Below, in pieces: positions 1 through 7,845 of a DNA stretch of 13,221 bases. The translations under genes and the position numbers were made by a program. The notes under the pieces are model-generated. The model was not told where the DNA came from. It saw only the letters and a list, made by a program, of their open reading frames with translations, and ran no database searches. The DNA comes from Candidatus Hodarchaeota archaeon. Lineage in GTDB: Archaea > Asgardarchaeota > Heimdallarchaeia > Hodarchaeales > Hodarchaeaceae. Location: assembly GCA_016840035.1 (NCBI GenBank), contig JAEOTC010000219.1, positions 1 through 13,221 on the forward strand, given 5' to 3'. The number at the start of each line of letters is the position of its first letter. The stretch's first letter is position 1.

Positions 1-1934
1 GGTGAAAATCGTGAAACTACATCAGATGCAAATTTAAATGAAGGAAAGAAAGCAAAATACTTACCAGGTTTTTTTTGAACTGCAAAAATAATTAAATCGG
101 CAATCTCTTGTAAATAGGTGTTCCGACTTTTATATCGGGTGTCTATCTCTGGTTCAACTAATATGACACGGTTTTCTTGTGGAAAGGGTGACGGATATTG
201 TTTATAGATAGTTCTTTCGATAGGAAATCCGAGCAAATCTCTATAAAAGGGAAATGGAGTAATTGTAGCAGATATTGCAATGACAGATTGAAATTGGTTT
301 AGCTGATTGTTCAGAAAGGGAGAGGCGTCTTTACATAGTAATTGTATTTGTCCTTCTTGAGAGTTATATATGATTGAAAATTCCTCAGCAGTTTGAGCAT
401 GTCTGGCGGTCTCTGTGAAATCACGTAAATGATAATAAAACCAGAGGATGGGATCTTCGGGCCAATGAAGATCATGTTCAAATAGAAAACGGAGGTATTG
501 GGGAATATGCTCTTCTAAACGAAGGAGAATCGTCTCAAATGAACGGATATCCAAAGATTCTAAGAGATGCATCGAGGGATTTATTCCATAATTTGCCCGT
601 AGGATTCTAAATACTCGTTCTAATAACGGAGAAAGGAATTTAGGAATAGGTATTCCCTGATATTTTCGTTCTAATGCGTTTAAATCTTTTTTAAACTGAA
701 ATACATCTTGTTGACTCAGAGTATGGGAATAATAGTCCAAACTCCTGTTAACTAGATTATGGGCTTCATCGATGATGAGAAAATATTTCTGAGATTTTGG
801 AATTTGTGCTCCAAAAAACCGTTGAAGTGTTACTCGTGGATGGAAAACATAATTATAATCGCTAACAATAACATTTGATGCTAAAGAGAGATCTAGTATG
901 AATTCAAAAGGGCAAAAAGCCCTAGAGGTCAATGCCATCTCTTCAATCATTTCTGGCGTAACAATTCCGCGAGTATGAATGACACTTTCTAGTTGATCCT
1001 CTGGATACTTTTGAATATAATTCTTCAGAAATGGACAGTATTCCTCATGGCAGAAGTAGATAGAATTGGTACACATCTTCTCCTTAGCTTTCATAATAAC
1101 AGCTAGAAATTCAACACCCTGATTATGAAATAACGTAAGAGTTTCTTCTACAATCCGTCTTTGAGTGGCCTTAGCAGTTAGAAAAAAGAGTGGACGGTTC
1201 TCCTGAATTGACCGTGAAAGTAGTGGGAATAGTGAAACTACCGTCTTACCTAAACCACTAGGAGCTTCAATGATTAAATTGATTTTCTCATCCAATACTT
1301 GATTTATCGTTTTAATAATCGATTCCTGATGAGGACGAAAAGAAAAAGGAAATTGGAGATTCTTGAGGGTTGAAAGTTGGTTCTGATGTTGTGAGTACTG
1401 TCTGAACTCCTCTTCCATGATTAAATCGATTTTACTTTGGATAAATTCCTTCATATCAGTACTAGGGACAGAAATCGTATATTTTGTATCATCAAACCTA
1501 TTATAAACAATCAAAACAAGTTTTAACGGTAATTTGGGTGTTTCTAATTGTCCAAAGATCCAAGCATAACATTGAATCTGCCTATAGAATGAGTTGATAG
1601 AAGGATTAGAAGGGGATCCATCAAAGTTTTTTGAATAGATCGACTTTATTTCTTCGAATTGAATACTTTCAGGTGTTTCTGCAAATAGATCTACTCGTCC
1701 ACGTAATGTAATTGTCCAATCCTTATACTTAAAAGAATATTTCAAGAAATATTCCGCAATATAATTTGCATCTTCATCTCGTTTTTCGTCTTGTATGCGT
1801 TGGTGAATTTCCCTTCCTTTTTCTGCATTTTTGAAGAAAACATGTGAGGTACCAGACCTAGGAGCATTAAGATAAGCCAAATCTCGTATACTTACAGATA
1901 TTTCTTTTTTTTCAAAGTCAGCTCGTATGGTCAA
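1..1934 (-). CDS. PD-(D/E)xK (RecB/Cas4-like) nuclease fused to an XPD/Rad3/DinG-family Fe-S SF2 DNA helicase; 3'-truncated by the window edge
   Basis: Manual translation. TTG at 1934 with an in-frame TAA at 1943-1941; open for 644 codons to the edge (MTIRADFEKKEISVSIRDLAY...). Nuclease motifs: GREIH (1817-1803), RGRVD (1703-1689), EEIKS (1655-1641), QIQCY (1580-1566). Helicase motifs: Q motif FPFSFRPHQ, Walker A APSGLGKT (1265-1242), four Fe-S-type Cys (1073, 1052, 1037, 914), SDYNYVF, DEAH (770-759), SAT (272-264), FFPSF. Confidence 0.93.
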   Translation of the reverse strand, partial: MTIRADFEKKEISVSIRDLAYLNAPRSGTSHVFFKNAEKGREIHQRIQDEKRDEDANYIAEYFLKYSFKYKDWTITLRGRVDLFAETPESIQFEEIKSIYSKNFDGSPSNPSINSFYRQIQCYAWIFGQLETPKLPLKLVLIVYNRFDDTKYTISVPSTDMKEFIQSKIDLIMEEEFRQYSQHQNQLSTLKNLQFPFSFRPHQESIIKTINQVLDEKINLIIEAPSGLGKTVVSLFPLLSRSIQENRPLFFLTAKATQRRIVEETLTLFHNQGVEFLAVIMKAKEKMCTNSIYFCHEEYCPFLKNYIQKYPEDQLESVIHTRGIVTPEMIEEMALTSRAFCPFEFILDLSLASNVIVSDYNYVFHPRVTLQRFFGAQIPKSQKYFLIIDEAHNLVNRSLDYYSHTLSQQDVFQFKKDLNALERKYQGIPIPKFLSPLLERVFRILRANYGINPSMHLLESLDIRSFETILLRLEEHIPQYLRFLFEHDLHWPEDPILWFYYHLRDFTETARHAQTAEEFSIIYNSQEGQIQLLCKDASPFLNNQLNQFQSVIAISATITPFPFYRDLLGFPIERTIYKQYPSPFPQENRVILVEPEIDTRYKSRNTYLQEIADLIIFAVQKKPGKYFAFFPSFKFASDVVSRFS

Positions 1935-1949
1935 GGTAAATTATGATTT

Positions 1950-2130
1950 TTCAACGCGAATTATTATACTCTTAGGAGTAGGTAGGGGGGATTTTTCCAT
2001 AGGATTTCACGTTGAATTTTGAGGAATATTGGTTTTAGAAAATAATCAGGATATTGAACCTGAAGATTTATTTTTGTCAAAAACCAATAGGTTCATCTGC
2101 ATTCCCTCATTACAAAAAGGAAATCCCTAG
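1950..2130. repeat. Cluster of nested and competing inverted repeats (candidate structured leader RNA or MITE-like element)
   Basis: TATTGGTTTT 2027-2036 / AAAACCAATA 2080-2089 (10/10); AAAATAA 2039-2045 / TTATTTT 2068-2074; TCAGG 2046-2050 / CCTGA 2059-2063; TGAGGAA 2020-2026 / TTCCCTCA 2102-2109; TAGGATTTC 2000-2008 / GAAATCCCTA 2120-2129; TTCAACGCGAA 1950-1960 / TTCACGTTGAA 2006-2016 (10/11); TACTC/GAGTA 1967-1980; TGAACCT 2055-2061 / AGGTTCA 2089-2095. Confidence 0.6.
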
Positions 2131-2173
2131 TTTAAGCACAAACGCAATTGGCGGAACTTCATTCCAGTGCCCT

Positions 2174-2198
2174 TTTTATAGAATCATAGAGTATAAAT
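2174..2198. promoter_or_regulatory. Possible back-to-back archaeal TATA boxes for the divergent helicase and surface-protein genes
   Basis: TATAAAA on the minus strand at 2180-2174 and TATAAAT on the plus strand at 2192-2198. The AT-rich background makes this weak. Confidence 0.3.
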
Positions 2199-2284
2199 CC
2201 TCAAGTATACACTATCATGACGAAATTATGCTTCTTATCCAGAGAAAGTGTCTTTTCCGATAATTAGATCTGTGTATTCCTTAT

Positions 2285-2291
2285 AAGGTGA
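2285..2291 (+). promoter_or_regulatory. Shine-Dalgarno site
   Basis: AAGGTGA, 7 nt before the ATG at 2299. Confidence 0.7.
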
Positions 2292-2298
2292 ATATTTA

Positions 2299-4782
2299 AT
2301 GAATAAAAGACTTTTTTGCGTAGGAGTCGTGACTATCGGCCTACTACTTCTTGGTAGTCTTTCTATTCCAGTTTCCGCTCAGGATGACGAAGGCCCCAAC
2401 ATGGGTGACTTTGAAGGTATAATAGATATCTTTTCTGATATTTCTTTGTCAAATAACTGGATAGTAGGACCATCAATGGGTTCAGTATCCGATCTCACAA
2501 ATACTAACCTACGGTACAATCTCACCAGCGCCATAACTCCAGTTGATCAATTTTTCAATGCTGGATTCTTTATGGGTGGTGATGGAAGTAATGGTCCGCA
2601 ACCAGAATTTGCATTATCTGGAACTTTTGAAGGATCAGAGCTTTTTGTTAAGATTGTTAACGATCAATGGTCAATAAATGACCCTACACGTCGTTTATTG
2701 GATTGGCAAGCAGTTTTAACACTTGGGCAAGAAATTGAATTATCAATAAATTATCCCCCAGAATTAGCTGACCAAGGTGTTCCAGTTGATCTGTTACCAA
2801 CGAGTGTTGTCATGCCAGCTGGATCAGGAACTCCTCCATTCCCAGTTGTAAGTTCTACAACAAACTTCACTGACTTTGAGGATTTAAATGATTTAGTCTC
2901 TTCGTATGGATTCGATGGGTTACCCTTTGTTGCACCATCTATCTTCTTTGTGGAAGATGTAAGTGATGCATTTAGTTATTGGGATAGTGAAGTCGATCTA
3001 GACAAGTTATTCCATATTGACGAAGATTCATCAGAGAATATTACTGTTACAGCAACACCTATTCTGACACCCGATTTGGAATTAAATCTGACTGTTCAAT
3101 TCTCTAACGCTACAGCCAGTCATGGTGACATAAGAATTCTAGGTGTTTGGGATTCAGTTTCTGGATTCTTAAAACACTTTAGTGTTCATGGAATTGGTGA
3201 TATGGATGATAGCGGTGTGGTTGAAAATTGGGAAGAATTCTTCTTTGCCTTTGATTTACTCGGTACCCCAACTCAAGCATCAACTCCAATTCGTGTTGGG
3301 GATTCAGGAGAATACGTCATCAACGTTGATATGGGATTAGATGAACTTAATTTAGTGAATGATACTGAAGAACAGTTCGTAGAGGATCTCCTAACTGCAG
3401 TTATTGAAGCAGTTGAGGAACTTGATGGCAGACAATTGTTAAACTATACCGTTGATGAAATGGATGGACTATATTACCATCTTGAAGGTTATATGTTGGA
3501 TTTCAATAAATTCCTTGGTGAACGATTAGGATTCCTCTTTGGTGGTGAATCTCCACAAGACCCTCTCCCCTCTGTTGATGCTTATTATCATCCTTTCGAT
3601 GATAATATGGACGAACGACGCACTTCAGACTTTGCAATCAATCTCTTTGATGCTCAGATGTATCAAAACACAACAAGTTTCATAGAAAGATTTGATGGAA
3701 GTCACTGGGGATACTGGAACGAATGGGACGAATGGGTTGAAGAATATCATCCATTACAAGCCGAAGACAATCAGACCTTACGCATCAATGACTGGATTCG
3801 AGGAATAATGAACGCTCAGGTTTTCGAGAAAGAAGATTGGGACATGAACTATGATCAATCTAAAACACTCGAGGAAAATCTAGCAACTCCCAACGCAGCT
3901 TTGGTTTATGATGGACCAGTAGATTATGTCGAAGTTGTTGAGCAAGGCTGGGATTATAACGAAAGTAGCGGTATGTATGATATACCTGTGAATTGGACTT
4001 ACACCGATATCCTAATCAACGATAGCACATATCAAAATTTCGTGCCTGGTGTCGATTACGTCGCATTCTTCGAAATTGAAGCAATGCCAGAGAGTGGATT
4101 TACCTCCTACCTCACCAAGAATAATTTCATAAATATGTTTATGTTTGGTGGAAATAATGGTGGCGATGGAATGGATGCTGGTATGGGTGCTGCAGATGAA
4201 CCCATGCCCCCTGAAGAAGGGCAAGGCTTCAGATTACCAGTTAGTACTGATGTAATTATACCCATGCCTGCTCGAACCCCCGATTGGGATCAAGTTGGTG
4301 GAGCAATTATCCTAATGGAAGCCTATGTTGATCAAGTAGCTGATGTAATCACAGATCCAGATTTCCTAGCATTCCTTATGAATATGCCAATGGAAGATGT
4401 CGGTGACTCCCTCACAATTCACTCATTTAGCCTTGATTTGGATTATATCAACAATGCAACTCAATTTGGTGCAGCAGCTTATACTGAACTTGACATGACC
4501 CAAGTTGATAACGATACTGGAGAAGAGGTAATTGTTACAACAGATGGTTATGTCTATACAGAGGAACACTATTACTGGAATCCAAACGGTGCTTTCGAGT
4601 GGATGAGTTCTTACACATCCTATTACCTTGAGGTTGTTGTAGAAGACTATCCTTCTGAAGAAACTACTACTGACGAACCAACAACTACTCCAACCGATGT
4701 TGAAATCAGCCCTGGTTTCGAGGTTATTTTCGTTCTTGGAAGTTTAATTGCCTTACCTATCTTCCTTCGGAAGAGAAGGTAA
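2299..4782 (+). CDS. Secreted acidic cell-surface glycoprotein with PGF-CTERM-like (archaeosortase-type) C-terminal anchor
   Basis: Sec signal peptide (MNKR + hydrophobic stretch, VSA|QDD). Very D/E-rich and Lys-poor. 14 N-x-S/T sequons by manual count. Thr/Pro linker (PSEETTTDEPTTTPT), then SPGFE, one TM helix and RKRR. Confidence 0.85.
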   Translation: MNKRLFCVGVVTIGLLLLGSLSIPVSAQDDEGPNMGDFEGIIDIFSDISLSNNWIVGPSMGSVSDLTNTNLRYNLTSAITPVDQFFNAGFFMGGDGSNGPQPEFALSGTFEGSELFVKIVNDQWSINDPTRRLLDWQAVLTLGQEIELSINYPPELADQGVPVDLLPTSVVMPAGSGTPPFPVVSSTTNFTDFEDLNDLVSSYGFDGLPFVAPSIFFVEDVSDAFSYWDSEVDLDKLFHIDEDSSENITVTATPILTPDLELNLTVQFSNATASHGDIRILGVWDSVSGFLKHFSVHGIGDMDDSGVVENWEEFFFAFDLLGTPTQASTPIRVGDSGEYVINVDMGLDELNLVNDTEEQFVEDLLTAVIEAVEELDGRQLLNYTVDEMDGLYYHLEGYMLDFNKFLGERLGFLFGGESPQDPLPSVDAYYHPFDDNMDERRTSDFAINLFDAQMYQNTTSFIERFDGSHWGYWNEWDEWVEEYHPLQAEDNQTLRINDWIRGIMNAQVFEKEDWDMNYDQSKTLEENLATPNAALVYDGPVDYVEVVEQGWDYNESSGMYDIPVNWTYTDILINDSTYQNFVPGVDYVAFFEIEAMPESGFTSYLTKNNFINMFMFGGNNGGDGMDAGMGAADEPMPPEEGQGFRLPVSTDVIIPMPARTPDWDQVGGAIILMEAYVDQVADVITDPDFLAFLMNMPMEDVGDSLTIHSFSLDLDYINNATQFGAAAYTELDMTQVDNDTGEEVIVTTDGYVYTEEHYYWNPNGAFEWMSSYTSYYLEVVVEDYPSEETTTDEPTTTPTDVEISPGFEVIFVLGSLIALPIFLRKRR

Positions 4783-4809
4783 TCTTCCTCCCTTTTTTTC
4801 TTTTTTTTT
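4769..4809 (+). terminator. Intrinsic terminator (pyrimidine/oligo-T tract with a weak hairpin)
   Basis: GGAAGA 4769-4774 / TCTTCC 4783-4788 spans the stop codon, followed by T7-C-T9. Confidence 0.65.
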
Positions 4810-4931
4810 AGTATTATCTATTCCTGATTGCTTTTTCTGTCTTAAGAAAGGTAGTAATGCCAATATTTTCTCAAGCATTGATTAATTATAATCCGAAGTA
4901 TCTTATTGTAGATAAGATTGGAAGGACAAAG

Positions 4932-6188
4932 ATGGCTGATTCACCTTTATCTAATCTCCAAAATAAGATTAATCAATATAAAACAGAATTATTGATTATT
5001 TTATTCGCTGCCATCCCAACTAGTCTTTTTATTTTAATCGCATGGATTGAGGGGGACTTTTCAGTTCTTGATCATAGTTATTGGATCGGAATCATCTTCT
5101 ATAATCTGGTTCTGGTTTTTGGAATCTGGTTTGCACATACCAAGCGAGTTTTGAAGATATCAGAGCGGATTCTTTATGTAGGAATTGTGATCACTCTCAT
5201 TCTATATACAGCTTTTCGAGATATCGTTTTTACTGGGGATATAACACAAGGAGTTATTGAGGGAGCACGAGTGCTTTGGGAAGGAAAAAACCCTTATGTA
5301 GTAGCCGAGATTCCCCATGCAGTACCCAATATCCCTGGGGAATTCCGTCTTGGAACATATGCATATTTACCTGTTGATTTGATTTCATACTCAATTTTTT
5401 TGGGAGGATTAAAGTTACTTTTCTCTCCTTTTACTACCTTATCGCCCTTTCCCCTTCCAGGAATTAATGAAATGGGAATCCTAGTAACCAATCTCGGATT
5501 GATGTGTGTCTCAATTTATTTATTGAAAGATATTCTTGAAATCAACTGGAAAAAAGCTGCTGTCCTTGGATCATTTCTCTTTTTAATTCTCATTTGGAAT
5601 AATGTCTGTCTAGCACAGACGTTTTTCATTGCAGGATGGTATTTCCATAAGCGAAAACAAACAAATTGGGTGGTATTCTTCTGGTCGTTGAGCATGCTAT
5701 CAAAATACTTTGCAGGAATATTCATTGTTGCCTATCTGGTTGAATATCTTAGAAAACAAGAGTGGCTGGAAGTTATTGTGAAAAGTATGATAGCTGGTGT
5801 CTTAAGTATTCTAGTAAGTCTTCCATTTGGTATTCTAGAAGTTTTAAATTCTACAGTATTTTTCTATAATACAGAGGAACGGATTTTAGACGGATCGTTC
5901 GGTGGATCTATATTTTCAGAAGCAATACTATATTTCAATCTTGAGGATATAATTTGGTTATTCACAGTAGTGGGATTTAGTATAATCTTAATTGTTGCAA
6001 TTTTAATTAAAGACCTCTTCCAAAGACTTGTAATCACAAGCTGTTTAGCTTTGTTCGTCATTACTGGCATTTCAGCACAATTTCTTACCTTAATTATCTT
6101 GATTTTAGTACTTGCGGGTCAAATTCTTCTTTTTGACGGGCAGAAACAATATAGAGCGGCTGATGAGTACACTCAAACCAGTTTGTAA
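4932..6188 (+). CDS. Multi-pass GT-C-fold glycosyltransferase (GT87/DUF2029-like)
   Basis: Roughly 10 or more hydrophobic segments. Loop GDITQGVIEGARVLWEGKNPY...YAYLP matches the D...A..L..G.NPY...Y.Y.P pattern of GT87-like proteins; later WNN and LSKYF motifs. Start at ATG 4932 (MADS) preferred over 4857 because of the purine-rich GGAAGGA upstream. Confidence 0.65.
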   Translation: MADSPLSNLQNKINQYKTELLIILFAAIPTSLFILIAWIEGDFSVLDHSYWIGIIFYNLVLVFGIWFAHTKRVLKISERILYVGIVITLILYTAFRDIVFTGDITQGVIEGARVLWEGKNPYVVAEIPHAVPNIPGEFRLGTYAYLPVDLISYSIFLGGLKLLFSPFTTLSPFPLPGINEMGILVTNLGLMCVSIYLLKDILEINWKKAAVLGSFLFLILIWNNVCLAQTFFIAGWYFHKRKQTNWVVFFWSLSMLSKYFAGIFIVAYLVEYLRKQEWLEVIVKSMIAGVLSILVSLPFGILEVLNSTVFFYNTEERILDGSFGGSIFSEAILYFNLEDIIWLFTVVGFSIILIVAILIKDLFQRLVITSCLALFVITGISAQFLTLIILILVLAGQILLFDGQKQYRAADEYTQTSL

Positions 6189-6196
6189 AGAAATGA

Positions 6197-7429
6197 TTAC
6201 TTTTCAAAAAGGTCTGACTGCAACAGCTGTAATAGCTCCGCTAGGGGAAAGTCCGAAATACTTACCTTTCCTGTTCTACCGAGTGATTTTCCTTTATTAT
6301 GACGATTTATTACTTCTAATCGGATTAATCCAATTTTATGGAGTTCCTGCATGTATACCCAGAATTGAGTTTGTTTTCGTGCATTTAATCCATTAGCTTG
6401 ACATATAGACTCATATTTTTGTTTTATGTCAGCAGTTAATACGTACATACTATCAGATTGCCGCCTAAGAATACTAGCGATAGAAAACAAGACGAATTTT
6501 TGATGTAAAGGAAGATCTGTAATTAAGCTCTGTTTGATAGGAAAACTGCTAACTTGTGCTTTTCTCACATGCTCAAATGTTATCTCATTGGATTGTTCAC
6601 CTTCTGCAACTTTACCTGCTCTCCATAAAAGCTCAAGTGCATACCGAGCATCACCAGAAGCATGAGCAACAATAGCGATCTCTTTAATTACTTCATTTGT
6701 ATAAGTTGTAGTATTTAATCCATGTTTTGCCCTAGCTATAAGAATATCATAAAGTTGTGTAGTAGTATATCGATGGAAAACAATCATTCGCTTACTTAAT
6801 GATGAATAAAGAGCAGAATCAAGATAAATGTAGAGATAGGGGCTTCGAGTAATAAAAATCAAAGAAAGAGGAAAATTAAATTCAGTCATGTTTCCTTCAT
6901 TATTCCGAATTAATGCGTAAAGAATATCCTGACCCTTGGTTGTAGAAATTAAATAATCGATTTCGTCCAGACAGAGAAGAAGTTTTTGATTTCTCTCATT
7001 TAAAATTGTACCAATATAAGTAAGCAGCTCAGCTGCACTAAATCCTCTGATTGGAAAGGCAGGTACTAATTGACGAAGAATTGTAGTAAAAAGAATGCTC
7101 CAAGATCTCTGTCTTCGGCAATTGAGATGAAAAAATCGGAAAGAGGAGATATTTTCCCGGATTTTATTTCGACTATACTGCTCTAATGTGTTGCCAAATT
7201 GTTTAACAATTGTAGTTTTCCCCAAACCAACAGAACCCTGAACTACCACATGAGTTCCTAGAGTAGGAGAGGATTTGCTAAGGATAGGTTTGAAGTATTG
7301 AGCAAGAGTTGCCAACTCACCTTCTCGATGTAACAAACATTCGGGAATGAAAGAGGGTTCAAAGACTCCCTCATTTTGAAAAATTCGAGAGGGAAAATCG
7401 AAATTTTCAAATAGTTTATAGTTTGTCAT
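6197..7429 (-). CDS. cdc6: Orc1/Cdc6 family AAA+ ATPase with winged-helix domain (resembles the Orc1-2/Cdc6-2 clade)
   Basis: N-terminal IF.NE.VF.P.FIPE.LLHRE; Walker A GSVGLGKT; LNC; FPIRGFS; Walker B LLLCLDEID; sensor-2 GDARYALELL; winged helix RKQTQFWVYMQEL..IGLI with wing GKSLGRT. Confidence 0.95.
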   Translation of the reverse strand: MTNYKLFENFDFPSRIFQNEGVFEPSFIPECLLHREGELATLAQYFKPILSKSSPTLGTHVVVQGSVGLGKTTIVKQFGNTLEQYSRNKIRENISSFRFFHLNCRRQRSWSILFTTILRQLVPAFPIRGFSAAELLTYIGTILNERNQKLLLCLDEIDYLISTTKGQDILYALIRNNEGNMTEFNFPLSLIFITRSPYLYIYLDSALYSSLSKRMIVFHRYTTTQLYDILIARAKHGLNTTTYTNEVIKEIAIVAHASGDARYALELLWRAGKVAEGEQSNEITFEHVRKAQVSSFPIKQSLITDLPLHQKFVLFSIASILRRQSDSMYVLTADIKQKYESICQANGLNARKQTQFWVYMQELHKIGLIRLEVINRHNKGKSLGRTGKVSISDFPLAELLQLLQSDLFEK

Positions 7430-7506
7430 CGAGAATCAATCCATTCAAACCGTAATGAACAAGTTCCTGCCAGGAGAAAATCAGAGAAGTCAAAGTCTCC
7501 AGTCAT
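7426..7506 (-). CDS. Possible 26-aa upstream peptide coupled to cdc6 (MTGDFDFSDFLLAGTCSLRFEWIDSR)
   Basis: ATG at 7506; its TGA (7428-7426) overlaps the cdc6 ATG (7429-7427) as ATGA. A purine run plus TATATTAA (7548-7535) lies about 30 nt upstream. Confidence 0.25.
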   Translation of the reverse strand: MTGDFDFSDFLLAGTCSLRFEWIDSR

Positions 7507-7783
7507 TATACTAAATGAGCTGTATAGTTGGGACTTAATATACCTCCTAAGTGTTCAATCAAATTGAGAACGGCTTTTTTTATCTATTAAGCAGAGAGCT
7601 ACTCTTCAAATTATTGACCACCTTATGATACTTAATGTGAAAAACAACACAGTAGATAGAGGGGTTATTTCGTTATTTAAAATGAAAATAACTCTATATA
7701 ACGAAAAATTAGGGCAATTTCACTCAAACTAGAATTTTATCACTATCATTAGCATTATTTTTTAGGATTTAGGGCTTCTCAAG

Positions 7784-7845
7784 AGGTAATCGAAAATGAC
7801 AATTTCATTATTATCAAAGATTATTCAATGATTTTCGATTTACCT
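7784..7845. repeat. Inverted repeat in the cdc6 upstream spacer
   Basis: AGGTAATCGAAAAT (7784-7797) / ATTTTCGATTTACCT (7831-7845): 14 bp with one bulge. A second IR nearby: TTTCGTTAT 7668-7676 / ATAACGAAA 7698-7706. Confidence 0.6.

Noticed and set aside
1560-1934. Cas4 or type IV CRISPR (CasDinG) interpretation
   Set aside because: No Cas4 Fe-S cysteines, no repeat-spacer array and no other cas genes in the window.
2149-2165. Minus-strand GAAGTTCCGCC resembling the 5' P4 strand of archaeal RNase P RNA
   Set aside because: The matching 3' P4 strand (ACAGAAGGCGG-like) is not found downstream, and the region is too AT-rich.
2115-2170. Minus-strand GGAATGAAGTTC resembling the start of a fluoride riboswitch
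   Set aside because: The conserved CTRATGACTTC 3' element is absent (CTAGGGATTTC instead), and no fluoride-related gene is adjacent.
1990-2250. ORB-like fragments (TTCCAGTG at 2162, TCCAGAGAAAG at 2238, TTCAACGTGAAAT on the minus strand)
   Set aside because: All partial or mis-spaced, with no correctly placed G-string, and 4 kb from cdc6.
2054-2263. 69-aa ORF from the track
   Set aside because: TTG start, no SD, no motif, and it crosses the probable promoter region.
4857-4931. 25-aa N-terminal extension of the GT-C protein
   Set aside because: ATG 4932 has a better upstream purine tract. The longer start is not fully excluded.
4012-6396. Track ORFs 4012-4224, 5294-5491, 5516-5725, 5864-6070 and 6112-6396
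   Set aside because: Shadow frames overlapping well-supported genes.
7784-7845. SECIS-like ATGA...AAA...TGAT within the inverted repeat
   Set aside because: Helix II cannot pair above the putative core, and it is not in the 3' UTR of a UGA-containing gene.
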